A stretch of DNA of 64,000 nucleotides from a virus. This document shows, one piece after another, positions 31,961 through 40,234 of the stretch. Under the pieces are notes generated by a model. It was not told the origin of the DNA. It worked only from the letters and a program-made list of their open reading frames with translations, and made no database searches. The stretch spans positions 1 through 64,000 of IMG/VR virus record IMGVR_UViG_3300021963_000051; one strand, written 5' to 3'. The first letter of the stretch is position 1, and each line of letters opens with the position of its first letter. The position numbers were made by a program, and so were the translations under genes.

Positions 31961-32902
31961 TTATAGATATCCTAGACCGTTAAACCCGCCATTAATATAT
32001 TTGGTAACAGAAAATTGCTGCATTTCATTTCTACTATATACGGGTAAGACTGTTACAGAGATAGTGCTTAACACTGGTACACTCGATACTGTGTCTGATC
32101 CAAATTCACCTTGTGAATTAGCTTTTTTATAGGTAAAATAATCTACACTATCTGGATATTCAAATCTAAAATTTTGGATTACCACAGGTACATTATCAAA
32201 CATAAAAGATCCATGTCCATTTAATCTACATACAGGAGGAGGAGCTCCTCTATCTACGTCGCTACCAAAACGCATTTTAGTTAAAGATCGAAGACAATGC
32301 ATGGTGCTAATAAGAATATCAGCATCGTTTTCATTTGATACAGTGAATTTACCAGTTATAGAAATAGGATTTACCTTGCTTCTTTGATAAAAATATACAG
32401 TATAATTACTGTGAATAGGTGCAGATGTACCATAATCAGCCCCTACTTCAAATTGAATCTGAGGTGTATAAGGGAATAAAATTCCGTGATGTAGGCTTAA
32501 AGGTGCTGCTATTCCTTCTAAATATTTAGGTGGTACTTTTATTTTAACACGCAGATCTTTGCCCAATTTATTACCGCGTCTATCAATAAAGCTAGTTGTA
32601 GTTTTGAAATCAGTTACTTTTTCTGCTCCAGCGGTAACTCCCGGAGGCAGTCTTTCCTGTATATTAAAAACTTTATTATTATTAGAAACCCTAGATTCAA
32701 AGCCATTAGTAAGGTCGACTACTGAAGCATTTGAATATCTATCTGCTGTTTCTGCTTCACTGGCACTGGCATTTGTAGATGCTATACGATTTGTAGCCTG
32801 CTGATCAGCTACTCGTTGTTCCTGCTGTTCTACGCTTATAGGGGCAGGATCTACCGATGTCGCGAGCTGTGTAGTAACTGATATAGGAGACAATGTGGAC
32901 AT
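31961..32902 (-). CDS. Putative tail tube initiator / baseplate-tube junction protein
   Basis: GILFPYTPQI, ISITGKFTV and GAPPPVCRLNGHG..MFDNVPVVI motifs; first gene of the baseplate operon. Confidence 0.6.
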   Translation of the reverse strand: MSTLSPISVTTQLATSVDPAPISVEQQEQRVADQQATNRIASTNASASEAETADRYSNASVVDLTNGFESRVSNNNKVFNIQERLPPGVTAGAEKVTDFKTTTSFIDRRGNKLGKDLRVKIKVPPKYLEGIAAPLSLHHGILFPYTPQIQFEVGADYGTSAPIHSNYTVYFYQRSKVNPISITGKFTVSNENDADILISTMHCLRSLTKMRFGSDVDRGAPPPVCRLNGHGSFMFDNVPVVIQNFRFEYPDSVDYFTYKKANSQGEFGSDTVSSVPVLSTISVTVLPVYSRNEMQQFSVTKYINGGFNGLGYL

Positions 32903-32920
32903 GATAAAAATTTGTTATTT

Positions 32921-32941
32921 TTTATTTACCATATAAATAAA
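32921..32941. promoter_or_regulatory. Back-to-back late promoters (TAAATA on minus at 32923-32928; TATAAATA on plus at 32932-32939)
   Basis: Inverted repeat TTTATTTA-ccata-TAAATAAA at the divergence point; matches the T4 gp55 late consensus TATAAATA. Confidence 0.65.
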
Positions 32942-32954
32942 GTGCGTTTTTCCA

Positions 32955-32983
32955 TTGACAATCCCTACATTTTCTAGTACAAT
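32955..32983 (+). promoter_or_regulatory. Sigma70-type promoter for the late sigma factor gene
   Basis: TTGACA (32955-32960), 17-nt spacer, TACAAT (32978-32983); AAGGA SD before ATG at 33009. Confidence 0.85.
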
Positions 32984-33008
32984 TCCAAAAAAAAGGAATA
33001 ATAATACG

Positions 33009-33902
33009 ATGACTGTACCTAATAAAAGAGTCAAATATCTAAACAATCGAGATCTACTATCAGAAATTCACAAAAGCAAATGCTCTTTCAGCAGTTTTTC
33101 ACAAAAAGACTTTAGTCAACACGATATTATTGTTGCTGATCTCAAAAAAATTACACAAAAAATTATATTAGAAGCCAAAAAAAATCGTGCCAAGCGAATA
33201 GGAATTAAAAATTTTATCATAGAACGTGATCAGGGAAATAAAAAAGTCAAATTAGCAGACCTAATACCAGATTATAAAAAAATCCCTAAAACTGATATTA
33301 TCTTCAGAATAATGACCTACGATCATATTCCACTTAGCCCAGGTAGAAAAAAAAGCACCAAAACAACTTCCGATGCTCACGAAAAGATAAACTTCCCCCC
33401 GTTTCAACACTGGAAATTTAACGAAGAAGATGAGCTTGTTTGTGTAGGTAAAAGTCATTGGAAAGGCGGAATGAAAACTGGAAAATTTTCTAAAGAACAT
33501 GGACGCATTACCGAAGAACTAGGTAAGATGTTTATCAAACTTTCAGAAAGGTATGCTCAACGTAGCAACTGGCGTGGCTATACTTACATTGACGAAATGC
33601 GCGGGCAGGCTATTCTGCAACTCAGTCAAATTGGTCTACAGTTTGATGAATCAAAATCAGAAAATCCATTTGCTTACTATACAGCAGCGGTGACAAATTC
33701 ATTTACTCGTATTTTAAATATTGAAAAGAAAAATCAAAATATCAGAGACGACATGTTGATAGAAAACGGATTAACTCCAAGCAGTACAAGACAGCACGCT
33801 CATGAGTTCGCAGAAGAAACAGCTAGACAAGCTAATTTATATAAAAATACAAGATTACCGAAAGCCGAAGAAAACATAGAAGATGAAGAGGAAACTACTT
33901 GA
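33009..33902 (+). CDS. gp55: Late-transcription sigma factor, T4 gp55-like (start revised from the TTG at 32955)
   Basis: YLNNRDLL...LGKMFIKLSERYAQRSNWRGYTYIDEM...FDESKSENPFAYYT...F.RIL..EKK; directly upstream of gp47/gp46 homologues. The ORF-track start lies inside the -35 box. Confidence 0.85.
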   Translation: MTVPNKRVKYLNNRDLLSEIHKSKCSFSSFSQKDFSQHDIIVADLKKITQKIILEAKKNRAKRIGIKNFIIERDQGNKKVKLADLIPDYKKIPKTDIIFRIMTYDHIPLSPGRKKSTKTTSDAHEKINFPPFQHWKFNEEDELVCVGKSHWKGGMKTGKFSKEHGRITEELGKMFIKLSERYAQRSNWRGYTYIDEMRGQAILQLSQIGLQFDESKSENPFAYYTAAVTNSFTRILNIEKKNQNIRDDMLIENGLTPSSTRQHAHEFAEETARQANLYKNTRLPKAEENIEDEEETT

Positions 33903-33927
33903 CATTTATATCTGTAGTTGCTATTAT
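33899..33927 (+). promoter_or_regulatory. Sigma70-type promoter for the gp47-gp46 operon
   Basis: TTGACA (33899-33904, overlapping the gp55 stop), 17-nt spacer ending in TGc, TATTAT (33922-33927); GAGGAG SD before 33945. Confidence 0.8.
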
Positions 33928-33944
33928 GCCACTGAGGAGTTTCT

Positions 33945-34958
33945 ATGGCATTGTTTAAAAAGGTAGCATGTTTCACAGACTTACATGTAGGTGCTAAATC
34001 AAATAGCACAGTCCATTTACAAGACTGTGAAGAATTTGTAGATTGGTTTATTGAAAATGCCCAACGTGAAAATTGCGAAACCGCAATCTTTCTCGGAGAT
34101 TGGAGCCATAACCGAAACAGTCTAAATTTATACACATTAGATACAAGTTTGAGATTATTAGAAAAACTTGGCGCAGCATTTGAACAATTCTTTTGGTTTC
34201 CAGGCAATCACGATCTGTTCTATAAAGATAAACGTGATATTCACAGTTCAGCATTTGGCAGGCATATTCCAGGCGTTACTGTCGTAGACACTGTGACCAC
34301 TCTAGGTGATGTAACTTTAGTTCCCTGGTTGATAGGTGACGAATGGAAAGCAATGAAAAGCGTAAAGAGCAAATATGTGTTCGGACATTTTGAACTACCG
34401 AAATTTATGATGAATGCCATGGTTCAGATGCCCGATCACGGCGAACTTCGTGCTGAAGATTTTCGAGGTCCTGACTATGTGTTTAGTGGGCACTTTCATA
34501 AACGTCAACAGAACGGTTGTGTGATATATATAGGCAATGCCTTTGCTCATAATTATTCAGATGCTTGGGATGATGATCGAGGAATGATGACCTTAGATTG
34601 GGGTGGAGAGCCAAAGTTTCACAACTGGGAAAATGCTCCGAAATTTAGAACAATCAAACTCAGTGACCTCATTGATCGCAAAGATGAACTGATGAAATCA
34701 AAAATGTATCTAAGAGTGAACCTAGATATAGATATAAGTTTTGAAGAAGCTAACTTCATTAAAGAAGAATTTACAAAAACATATGATATAAGAGAAATGA
34801 GTCTTATTCAAGATAAAAGTAACTTAGAAGCTTCTTATGAGGACAATCCAGATACTAAATTTGAAAGCATAGATCAAATTGTATCCGAGCAACTGACCAA
34901 TTTAGACAGCGGTAATTTTGACAAAAAACTATTAATGGACATTTACAATGACCTTTAA
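33945..34958 (+). CDS. gp47: Recombination endonuclease subunit (Mre11/SbcD-like metallophosphoesterase)
   Basis: FTDLHVG, FLGDW, PGNHD, FGHFE and SGHFH motifs. Confidence 0.93.
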   Translation: MALFKKVACFTDLHVGAKSNSTVHLQDCEEFVDWFIENAQRENCETAIFLGDWSHNRNSLNLYTLDTSLRLLEKLGAAFEQFFWFPGNHDLFYKDKRDIHSSAFGRHIPGVTVVDTVTTLGDVTLVPWLIGDEWKAMKSVKSKYVFGHFELPKFMMNAMVQMPDHGELRAEDFRGPDYVFSGHFHKRQQNGCVIYIGNAFAHNYSDAWDDDRGMMTLDWGGEPKFHNWENAPKFRTIKLSDLIDRKDELMKSKMYLRVNLDIDISFEEANFIKEEFTKTYDIREMSLIQDKSNLEASYEDNPDTKFESIDQIVSEQLTNLDSGNFDKKLLMDIYNDL

Positions 34959-36735
34959 AATTCAATCATTAACAGTGAAGAATTTTATGAGTGTGGGCAA
35001 TCAAACTCAAGCCGTTGATTTTGATCAAGAGCAGTTGACCCTGGTGTTAGGATCTAATCTTGACCTGGGTGGCGATGACACAGGTTCCAGAAATGGCACA
35101 GGCAAGACCACAATAATCAACGCCTTGAGTTATGGCCTATATGGTCAGGCATTGACCAACATTAAAAAAGAAAATCTAATCAACAAGATCAATAATAAAC
35201 ATATGTTGGTCACAGTTGAATTTGAAAAGAACAATCTAAATTATCGCATCGAACGTGGTCGTAAACCCAACATTCTCAAATTATTTGTCAACAATCAAGA
35301 AATTACCGCAGACAATCAAGGAGACGATGAAAGCCAAGGTGACAGCAGAGAAACACAAAAGTCAATTGAACAAATGTTAGAAATGAGTCATACCATGTTC
35401 AAACACCTTGTGGCTCTCAATACCTATACCGAACCTTTCTTGGCCATGCGGGCTGCTGATCAACGTGAAGTTATTGAACAACTGTTAGGCATAACCCTAT
35501 TGTCAGCAAAGGCAGAAGAATTAAAAAATCGTATAAAAGAAAACAAAGATTTAATTGCCAGAGAAAATTTTAGAATTGAAGGTATCAAATCAGCCAACGA
35601 AAATGTTCAGAAGAGTATAGAAAGTCTAAAACTAAAAAGTTCGGCGTGGTTCAATAAACATGACCAAGAATTAGAATCATTAGGTCGTGCCATTGTTAAT
35701 CTTGAAGCAGTAGATATTGAAGCGGAGATACAGGCGCATACAGCCTTAAAAACGTGGTCGGACAATGATAAAAAATTAACCGGCTTAAGAAAACAAAAGG
35801 CAACTTTGGAAACTGCTGTCATGCAGGCAGAAAAGACTGTGAAAAAATACACAGCAGAAGTAGAAAAATTAAAAGATCATAAATGCCATGCTTGCGATCA
35901 AAAACTTCAAGATCATAAACATAAAGAAATGTTAGATGATGCTATCAAGCATAAGATAGAAGCAGATGAATATGCTTTAAAAGTAGTCAATGACTACGGA
36001 CTTGTTGTCAATGACATTGAAAAAATCGGCAACCAAGGAGCAAAGCCTACTACATTTTACGAAACTGAAGCAGAAGCATTAGGTCATAAAAACAATTTAG
36101 GCAACTTAGAAAAGGCACTGATACAAAAATCAGAAGAATCCAATCCCTATGAAGAACAAATTGATGAACTAAAAAATTCTGCCATACAAGAAATAGACTG
36201 GACAGTAATAAACGAATTGACCAAGTTGCGTGATCATCAGGACTTTCTTTTGAAATTGTTGACAAATAAAGATAGTTTCATACGAAAGCGTATTATCGAT
36301 CAAAATCTTTCATATCTTAATAAAAGGTTAAGTTATTATATTGACAAATTAGGATTACCGCATCGTGTGGTGTTTCAAAATGATCTCACAGTGGAAATAA
36401 CTCAACTGGGACAGGATTTAGACTTTGATAATCTCAGCAGGGGTGAACGTAATAGATTAATTTTGAGTATGAGTTTTGCCTTTAGAGACGTATGGGAAGG
36501 ACTATACCAACCTATCAACTTATTATTCATTGATGAACTTGTCGATTCGGGCATGGATTCAGCTGGTGTAGAAAGTGCTTTGGCAGTATTGAAAAAAATG
36601 GGCAGGGAACGTAATAAGAATATATACCTTATCAGTCACAAAGATGAGCTACAGGGCAGAGTAAACAACGTACTAAGAGTAGTAAAAGAAAATGGATTTA
36701 CTAGTTACTCAAACAGTTTAGAATATGTCAACTGA
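34948..36735 (+). CDS. gp46: Recombination ATPase subunit (Rad50/SbcC-like)
   Basis: KNFMS, Walker A NGTGKTT, coiled coil with CHAC zinc hook, LSRGE signature, LFIDE Walker B, ISH. Confidence 0.95.
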   Translation: MTFKIQSLTVKNFMSVGNQTQAVDFDQEQLTLVLGSNLDLGGDDTGSRNGTGKTTIINALSYGLYGQALTNIKKENLINKINNKHMLVTVEFEKNNLNYRIERGRKPNILKLFVNNQEITADNQGDDESQGDSRETQKSIEQMLEMSHTMFKHLVALNTYTEPFLAMRAADQREVIEQLLGITLLSAKAEELKNRIKENKDLIARENFRIEGIKSANENVQKSIESLKLKSSAWFNKHDQELESLGRAIVNLEAVDIEAEIQAHTALKTWSDNDKKLTGLRKQKATLETAVMQAEKTVKKYTAEVEKLKDHKCHACDQKLQDHKHKEMLDDAIKHKIEADEYALKVVNDYGLVVNDIEKIGNQGAKPTTFYETEAEALGHKNNLGNLEKALIQKSEESNPYEEQIDELKNSAIQEIDWTVINELTKLRDHQDFLLKLLTNKDSFIRKRIIDQNLSYLNKRLSYYIDKLGLPHRVVFQNDLTVEITQLGQDLDFDNLSRGERNRLILSMSFAFRDVWEGLYQPINLLFIDELVDSGMDSAGVESALAVLKKMGRERNKNIYLISHKDELQGRVNNVLRVVKENGFTSYSNSLEYVN

Positions 36736-37063
36736 AAAAATAGACGAATATAGAAGACTTTACTCAGAATACATCAGCCTAAGTGTAGATTTACATAACT
36801 ACCATTTAAGTTTTCTAAAATACAAAGGAGGAGAGACAGGAAGATCTTGTAAACGTACAATTAAAAAAATGAGGAAAATATTGTACTACATGGATAAAAT
36901 AAACTTTTTTGTTAGACGAGAACATTTAGATAATTGGAAAGCAGAAGTGGAAAGTAGAAAAACCATACAACCAGATGGTACAATTAAAGTAAAAAGAAAA
37001 ACACCCTACAAGAGAAAAGCAAAAAATGGAAACAACAACAACACAGCTACAAAAATTGTTTGA
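36725..37063 (+). CDS. Basic hypothetical protein, possibly a divergent Hc1-like paralogue
   Basis: 112 aa, Lys/Arg rich, overlaps both neighbours; helix-G-x-x-G-R-x-x-K-R pattern resembles the next gene. Confidence 0.6.
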   Translation: MSTEKIDEYRRLYSEYISLSVDLHNYHLSFLKYKGGETGRSCKRTIKKMRKILYYMDKINFFVRREHLDNWKAEVESRKTIQPDGTIKVKRKTPYKRKAKNGNNNNTATKIV

Positions 37064-37223
37064 AGAATTTATAAAAGAAGATACTAAATTTACCAGCGGC
37101 AATGCAGCAGCAGGAACTCGTGCTCGTAAAGCTCTAGCAGAAATTTCTAAAACCGCCAAGGCTAGACGCAACGAAATTACAGAAGAAAAAAATGCTCGTA
37201 AGGAAGCTAAGGCAACCAAATGA
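37026..37223 (+). CDS. Histone H1-like protein, Hc1 family
   Basis: KFTSGNAAAGTRARKALAEISKTAKARRNEI matches the Hc1-family GNxAAGTRARK motif. Confidence 0.8.
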   Translation: METTTTQLQKLFEEFIKEDTKFTSGNAAAGTRARKALAEISKTAKARRNEITEEKNARKEAKATK

Positions 37224-37945
37224 TTGAAAATAAATTCAACGACTTATGTTGCAAAGTATGCGGTGGAAACACTAAAGTTTATGGTATAGTAGACTTCAAC
37301 AAAAGTTGCGAGGAATTGAATGGTAAATTTTTACCTTACTCAGGGCAAGCTGTTTATTATCATCAATGTACCAACTGCCAATTTATTTTCACAACAGACT
37401 TTGACAATTGGACATTGACAGATTTCTCAGATAAAATCTACAACGATGATTATGAATTAGTTGATCCCGAATATTGGGAAACTAGACCTAAAAATCTAGC
37501 TAAATGGATTCAACCCTTACTTAACGGTAACAAAGAACTAAACATTTTTGATTATGGTGCAGGAACCGCGGTGTTTGGTGATGAATTAGAAGATCAGGGA
37601 TATACAGTTGATTCTTGGGATCCATTATGGGAAGACCCGTTAGACGAAAGTAAAAAAAATTCTTATGATGTTGTTACAGCATTTGAAGTCTTAGAACATA
37701 GTCCTACTCCTTTTGAAACAGCTAAGGAAATAGCTGATTTCAGTAAAAAAGGAGAAGGACAATTAGTTATTATGACTTTAGCTAATGATATCATTAGAGG
37801 TGAAGGGGTAAACTATTGGTATTTGGCTCCAAGAAATGGACACGTTTGTATGCATAGTAATAAAAGTATAGAAATTTTATTCGACAAATTAGGAATGTAT
37901 GTTCAACATCTAGCTCCAAATACTCATATAGTTTCATGGAAATAG
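37220..37945 (+). CDS. Class I SAM-dependent methyltransferase with an N-terminal zinc ribbon
   Basis: CKVCGG...CTNC, IFDYGAGTA (motif I), YDVVTAFEVLEH, WYLAPRNGHV. Confidence 0.85.
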   Translation: MIENKFNDLCCKVCGGNTKVYGIVDFNKSCEELNGKFLPYSGQAVYYHQCTNCQFIFTTDFDNWTLTDFSDKIYNDDYELVDPEYWETRPKNLAKWIQPLLNGNKELNIFDYGAGTAVFGDELEDQGYTVDSWDPLWEDPLDESKKNSYDVVTAFEVLEHSPTPFETAKEIADFSKKGEGQLVIMTLANDIIRGEGVNYWYLAPRNGHVCMHSNKSIEILFDKLGMYVQHLAPNTHIVSWK

Positions 37946-38380
37946 ATGTCATGGTATTATAAAAATGAAATAATAACCGAATTACCTGACACCACTGTAG
38001 GATTTGTATATATTATAACAAATAAAATTACAGGCAAAAAGTACATAGGCAAAAAATTATCTAAATTTAGCAAAACCACATACAAAACAATAAAATTAAA
38101 AAACGGCACAAAGAAAAAGAAACGAATCAAATCAAAAATAGACTCAGACTGGCAGACATATTACGGCTCAAACGATCAACTTTCAAAAGATGTAGCACAA
38201 TTAGGCACAGACAAATTTCATAGAGAAATATTATATTATTGTAAATCAAAAGCAGAATGTTCATACATTGAGGCACGAGAACAATTCACAAGAAAAGTAT
38301 TAGAATCAGACGAATATTACAACGGACAGATTTCTGTTCGTGTCCATGGCTCCCATATTAAAGGCAAATTACTCGGTTAA
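37946..38380 (+). CDS. GIY-YIG endonuclease (stand-alone catalytic domain)
   Basis: GFVYIITNKITGKKYIGKK...YYGS...FHREIL...E...YYN, with a Lys-rich insertion. Confidence 0.9.
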   Translation: MSWYYKNEIITELPDTTVGFVYIITNKITGKKYIGKKLSKFSKTTYKTIKLKNGTKKKKRIKSKIDSDWQTYYGSNDQLSKDVAQLGTDKFHREILYYCKSKAECSYIEAREQFTRKVLESDEYYNGQISVRVHGSHIKGKLLG

Positions 38381-38793
38381 AGGCTAGCGCAGGCTAAATT
38401 CATGCGCCCTAGACCTGGACTTCGTGTCGCAGGGATGGATCGCTCACCGCCGAAGTGAGAACTCAACCACTACCCTACCCGGATGAAGATCACTAATCGC
38501 CGTGATTTGGTTGTTTGAATAGGTTAAACCCAAGGCAAAAAGACGCTCTTAATAGAGCACGTTTTACAAGTATGATAGCGTATACGTGTAAAGCCGCCGT
38601 TGTATGAAGACTGGGATGGAGGTACCGGACAACCGCCTCTGCTAAACACCCTAACGCTGTGTGACTATGCTACTCAGATGATGCCAAACTTCGCCCGCCC
38701 TGGGCGAAGTGTGACCACTTAATCTAGATGATACTAAAAGACAAAAACGCTTCGAGTCTCGTAGACGAAGAAGCGAACGAACGCAGTTCGTTC
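38381..38793 (+). ncRNA. Candidate large structured non-coding RNA (alternatively a structured DNA element)
   Basis: GC-rich island in AT-rich DNA with at least 10 helices found by eye, e.g. GCGCA/TGCGC, CCTG-GAC/GTC-CAGG, CTCAC/GTGAG, CAACCA/TGGTTG, GCTCT/AGAGC, TTTACA/TGTAAA, ACTTCGCCC/GGGCGAAGT, GAACGAAC/GTTCGTTC. No credible ORF. Strand is inferred from the operon. Confidence 0.7.
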
Positions 38794-38820
38794 ATAAATA
38801 TTAAAATATCAATACAAAAA

Positions 38821-40233
38821 ATGAAATTATCAAATATTATTATAGAACAACATTTAAAAGATGGATTAATTCTATTAGAGTCTGTATGTCAAAATCTGAC
38901 TGAGGAACAATCTAGGATTATTAAGGGAATTTATAATGAATTTAAACCTTTAATAGAAGCAAGTTTAAGCCAAGATCAGATACTACAAGTATTCACAGGT
39001 GTTGAACAACAGGCAACAGGATCGGGTAATAATAGGACACTGATAGGTAAAGGGGTTGATCTTAAAAATCAAGTAAACGATATAATCAATAAAACAGGGC
39101 AATGGCTTCAAAATACCGCTCCGGTACAGTTCGCTGATCAGAAGTTTGAAGAACTTAAAACAAAAGTTGCTGCTAAGTTCCCTAACTTAGATCGTCAACT
39201 TACTGATCTTGGTACCTGGATGAAAGACAATCCAGGTAAAAGTGCTGCTATCATTGGCGTATTAACTGCTATTGCTTCATTGGCGGGTGGACCTGCAGGT
39301 GGTGCTATAGCTGGACAGGCTCTTAGGGGTGCTGCTGAACTTATAAAAGGTGAAAAACTTTCAACTGCTGTTGGAAAGGGTATTAAAACTGCGGCATTAG
39401 GTTATCTTTCAGGTAAAGCATTTCAGATGCTTGGCGACTGGGTAGGTAGTTTTAGAGAACAATCAATACCATTTGGTCCGGAAAATACTGGCCTTGAAAA
39501 AGTTAGTTGGGGTGCTCGCAGTTCGATTACAGGTCCTGGAATGGAATGGACAAGGACTACACAGGGATTTAACGCATTAGTTCGTCCTCAAGAAGCAGAA
39601 GTCATTAGAACAGCAATGGCAGGAATCAAAGCAGGAGAACCTGGTGCATTTGATACATTGTATAAGGTAGCAAGAGAAGTAAACTCAAAAGAATATAAGC
39701 AGGCCTTAAATGGTGTAGTTCAAGGAGCCTGGGAAGCAGCTAAGTCTAATGATAGTATACTTCAATTTATTAACGTTACAAAACAAGGATTGCAAGCAGG
39801 TGCGCAAGGTGCTGTTGCAGCGTCAACTGGCAGCAAATCTACTACAAAAACAGAAAGTTTAACTAAATCCACAATAAACAAATTATTTTATAATGTAGAT
39901 CGAGCCAATATGGTATTAGATGAAGGTATATTTGATAAGATTAAACAATTTGGTCAAAACTTAACCACTAAGATCACCGCAGATAAATTAAAAACAGCGT
40001 GGACTAAGGCAGGGTCTCCTACAGATAGCGATCAAGTTGCACATTTTTTAAAACAGGCCGGTGTAAATGACACTATAATTTCTAAGGTGTTTGGTGATAT
40101 GAATATTTCTTATTCGGGAAAAACAACACCTTCAACTAACAATCAAACGGTAAATACCAATGATATTGTAGTGAGAATACAAAAACTAACTCCTGCGCAA
40201 CAAAAAGAAATTTTAGCCTTACTAGGGAAATAA
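38821..40233 (+). CDS. Probable internal head (ejected) protein; start revised to 38821
   Basis: Late motif TAAATA at 38795-38800 precedes ATG 38821 (MKLSNII). LLES, LIEA and LDEG protease-type sites; Gly/Ala hydrophobic segment. Confidence 0.6.
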   Translation: MKLSNIIIEQHLKDGLILLESVCQNLTEEQSRIIKGIYNEFKPLIEASLSQDQILQVFTGVEQQATGSGNNRTLIGKGVDLKNQVNDIINKTGQWLQNTAPVQFADQKFEELKTKVAAKFPNLDRQLTDLGTWMKDNPGKSAAIIGVLTAIASLAGGPAGGAIAGQALRGAAELIKGEKLSTAVGKGIKTAALGYLSGKAFQMLGDWVGSFREQSIPFGPENTGLEKVSWGARSSITGPGMEWTRTTQGFNALVRPQEAEVIRTAMAGIKAGEPGAFDTLYKVAREVNSKEYKQALNGVVQGAWEAAKSNDSILQFINVTKQGLQAGAQGAVAASTGSKSTTKTESLTKSTINKLFYNVDRANMVLDEGIFDKIKQFGQNLTTKITADKLKTAWTKAGSPTDSDQVAHFLKQAGVNDTIISKVFGDMNISYSGKTTPSTNNQTVNTNDIVVRIQKLTPAQQKEILALLGK

Positions 40234-40234
40234 C

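Noticed and set aside
32955-33008. TTG start of the gp55-like ORF
   Set aside because: The TTG is part of the TTGACA -35 box; the SD supports ATG 33009.
38659-38734. Canonical TIGR-Tas array
   Set aside because: Only two units, a 50-nt period, and no Nop-domain gene in the window; kept only as an analogy.
38381-38793. Group I intron, tmRNA, RNase P RNA, tRNA or CRISPR array as the identity of the structured region
   Set aside because: No interrupted host gene, no recognisable P7 pair (GACUA is present but no UAGUC partner), no tRNA-like ends or T-loop, no GAGGAAAGUCC, and only two short repeats.
38728-38820. N-terminal 31 codons of the 501-aa ORF in the track
   Set aside because: They overlap the hairpins and lie upstream of the TAAATA promoter; ATG 38821 is the more plausible start.
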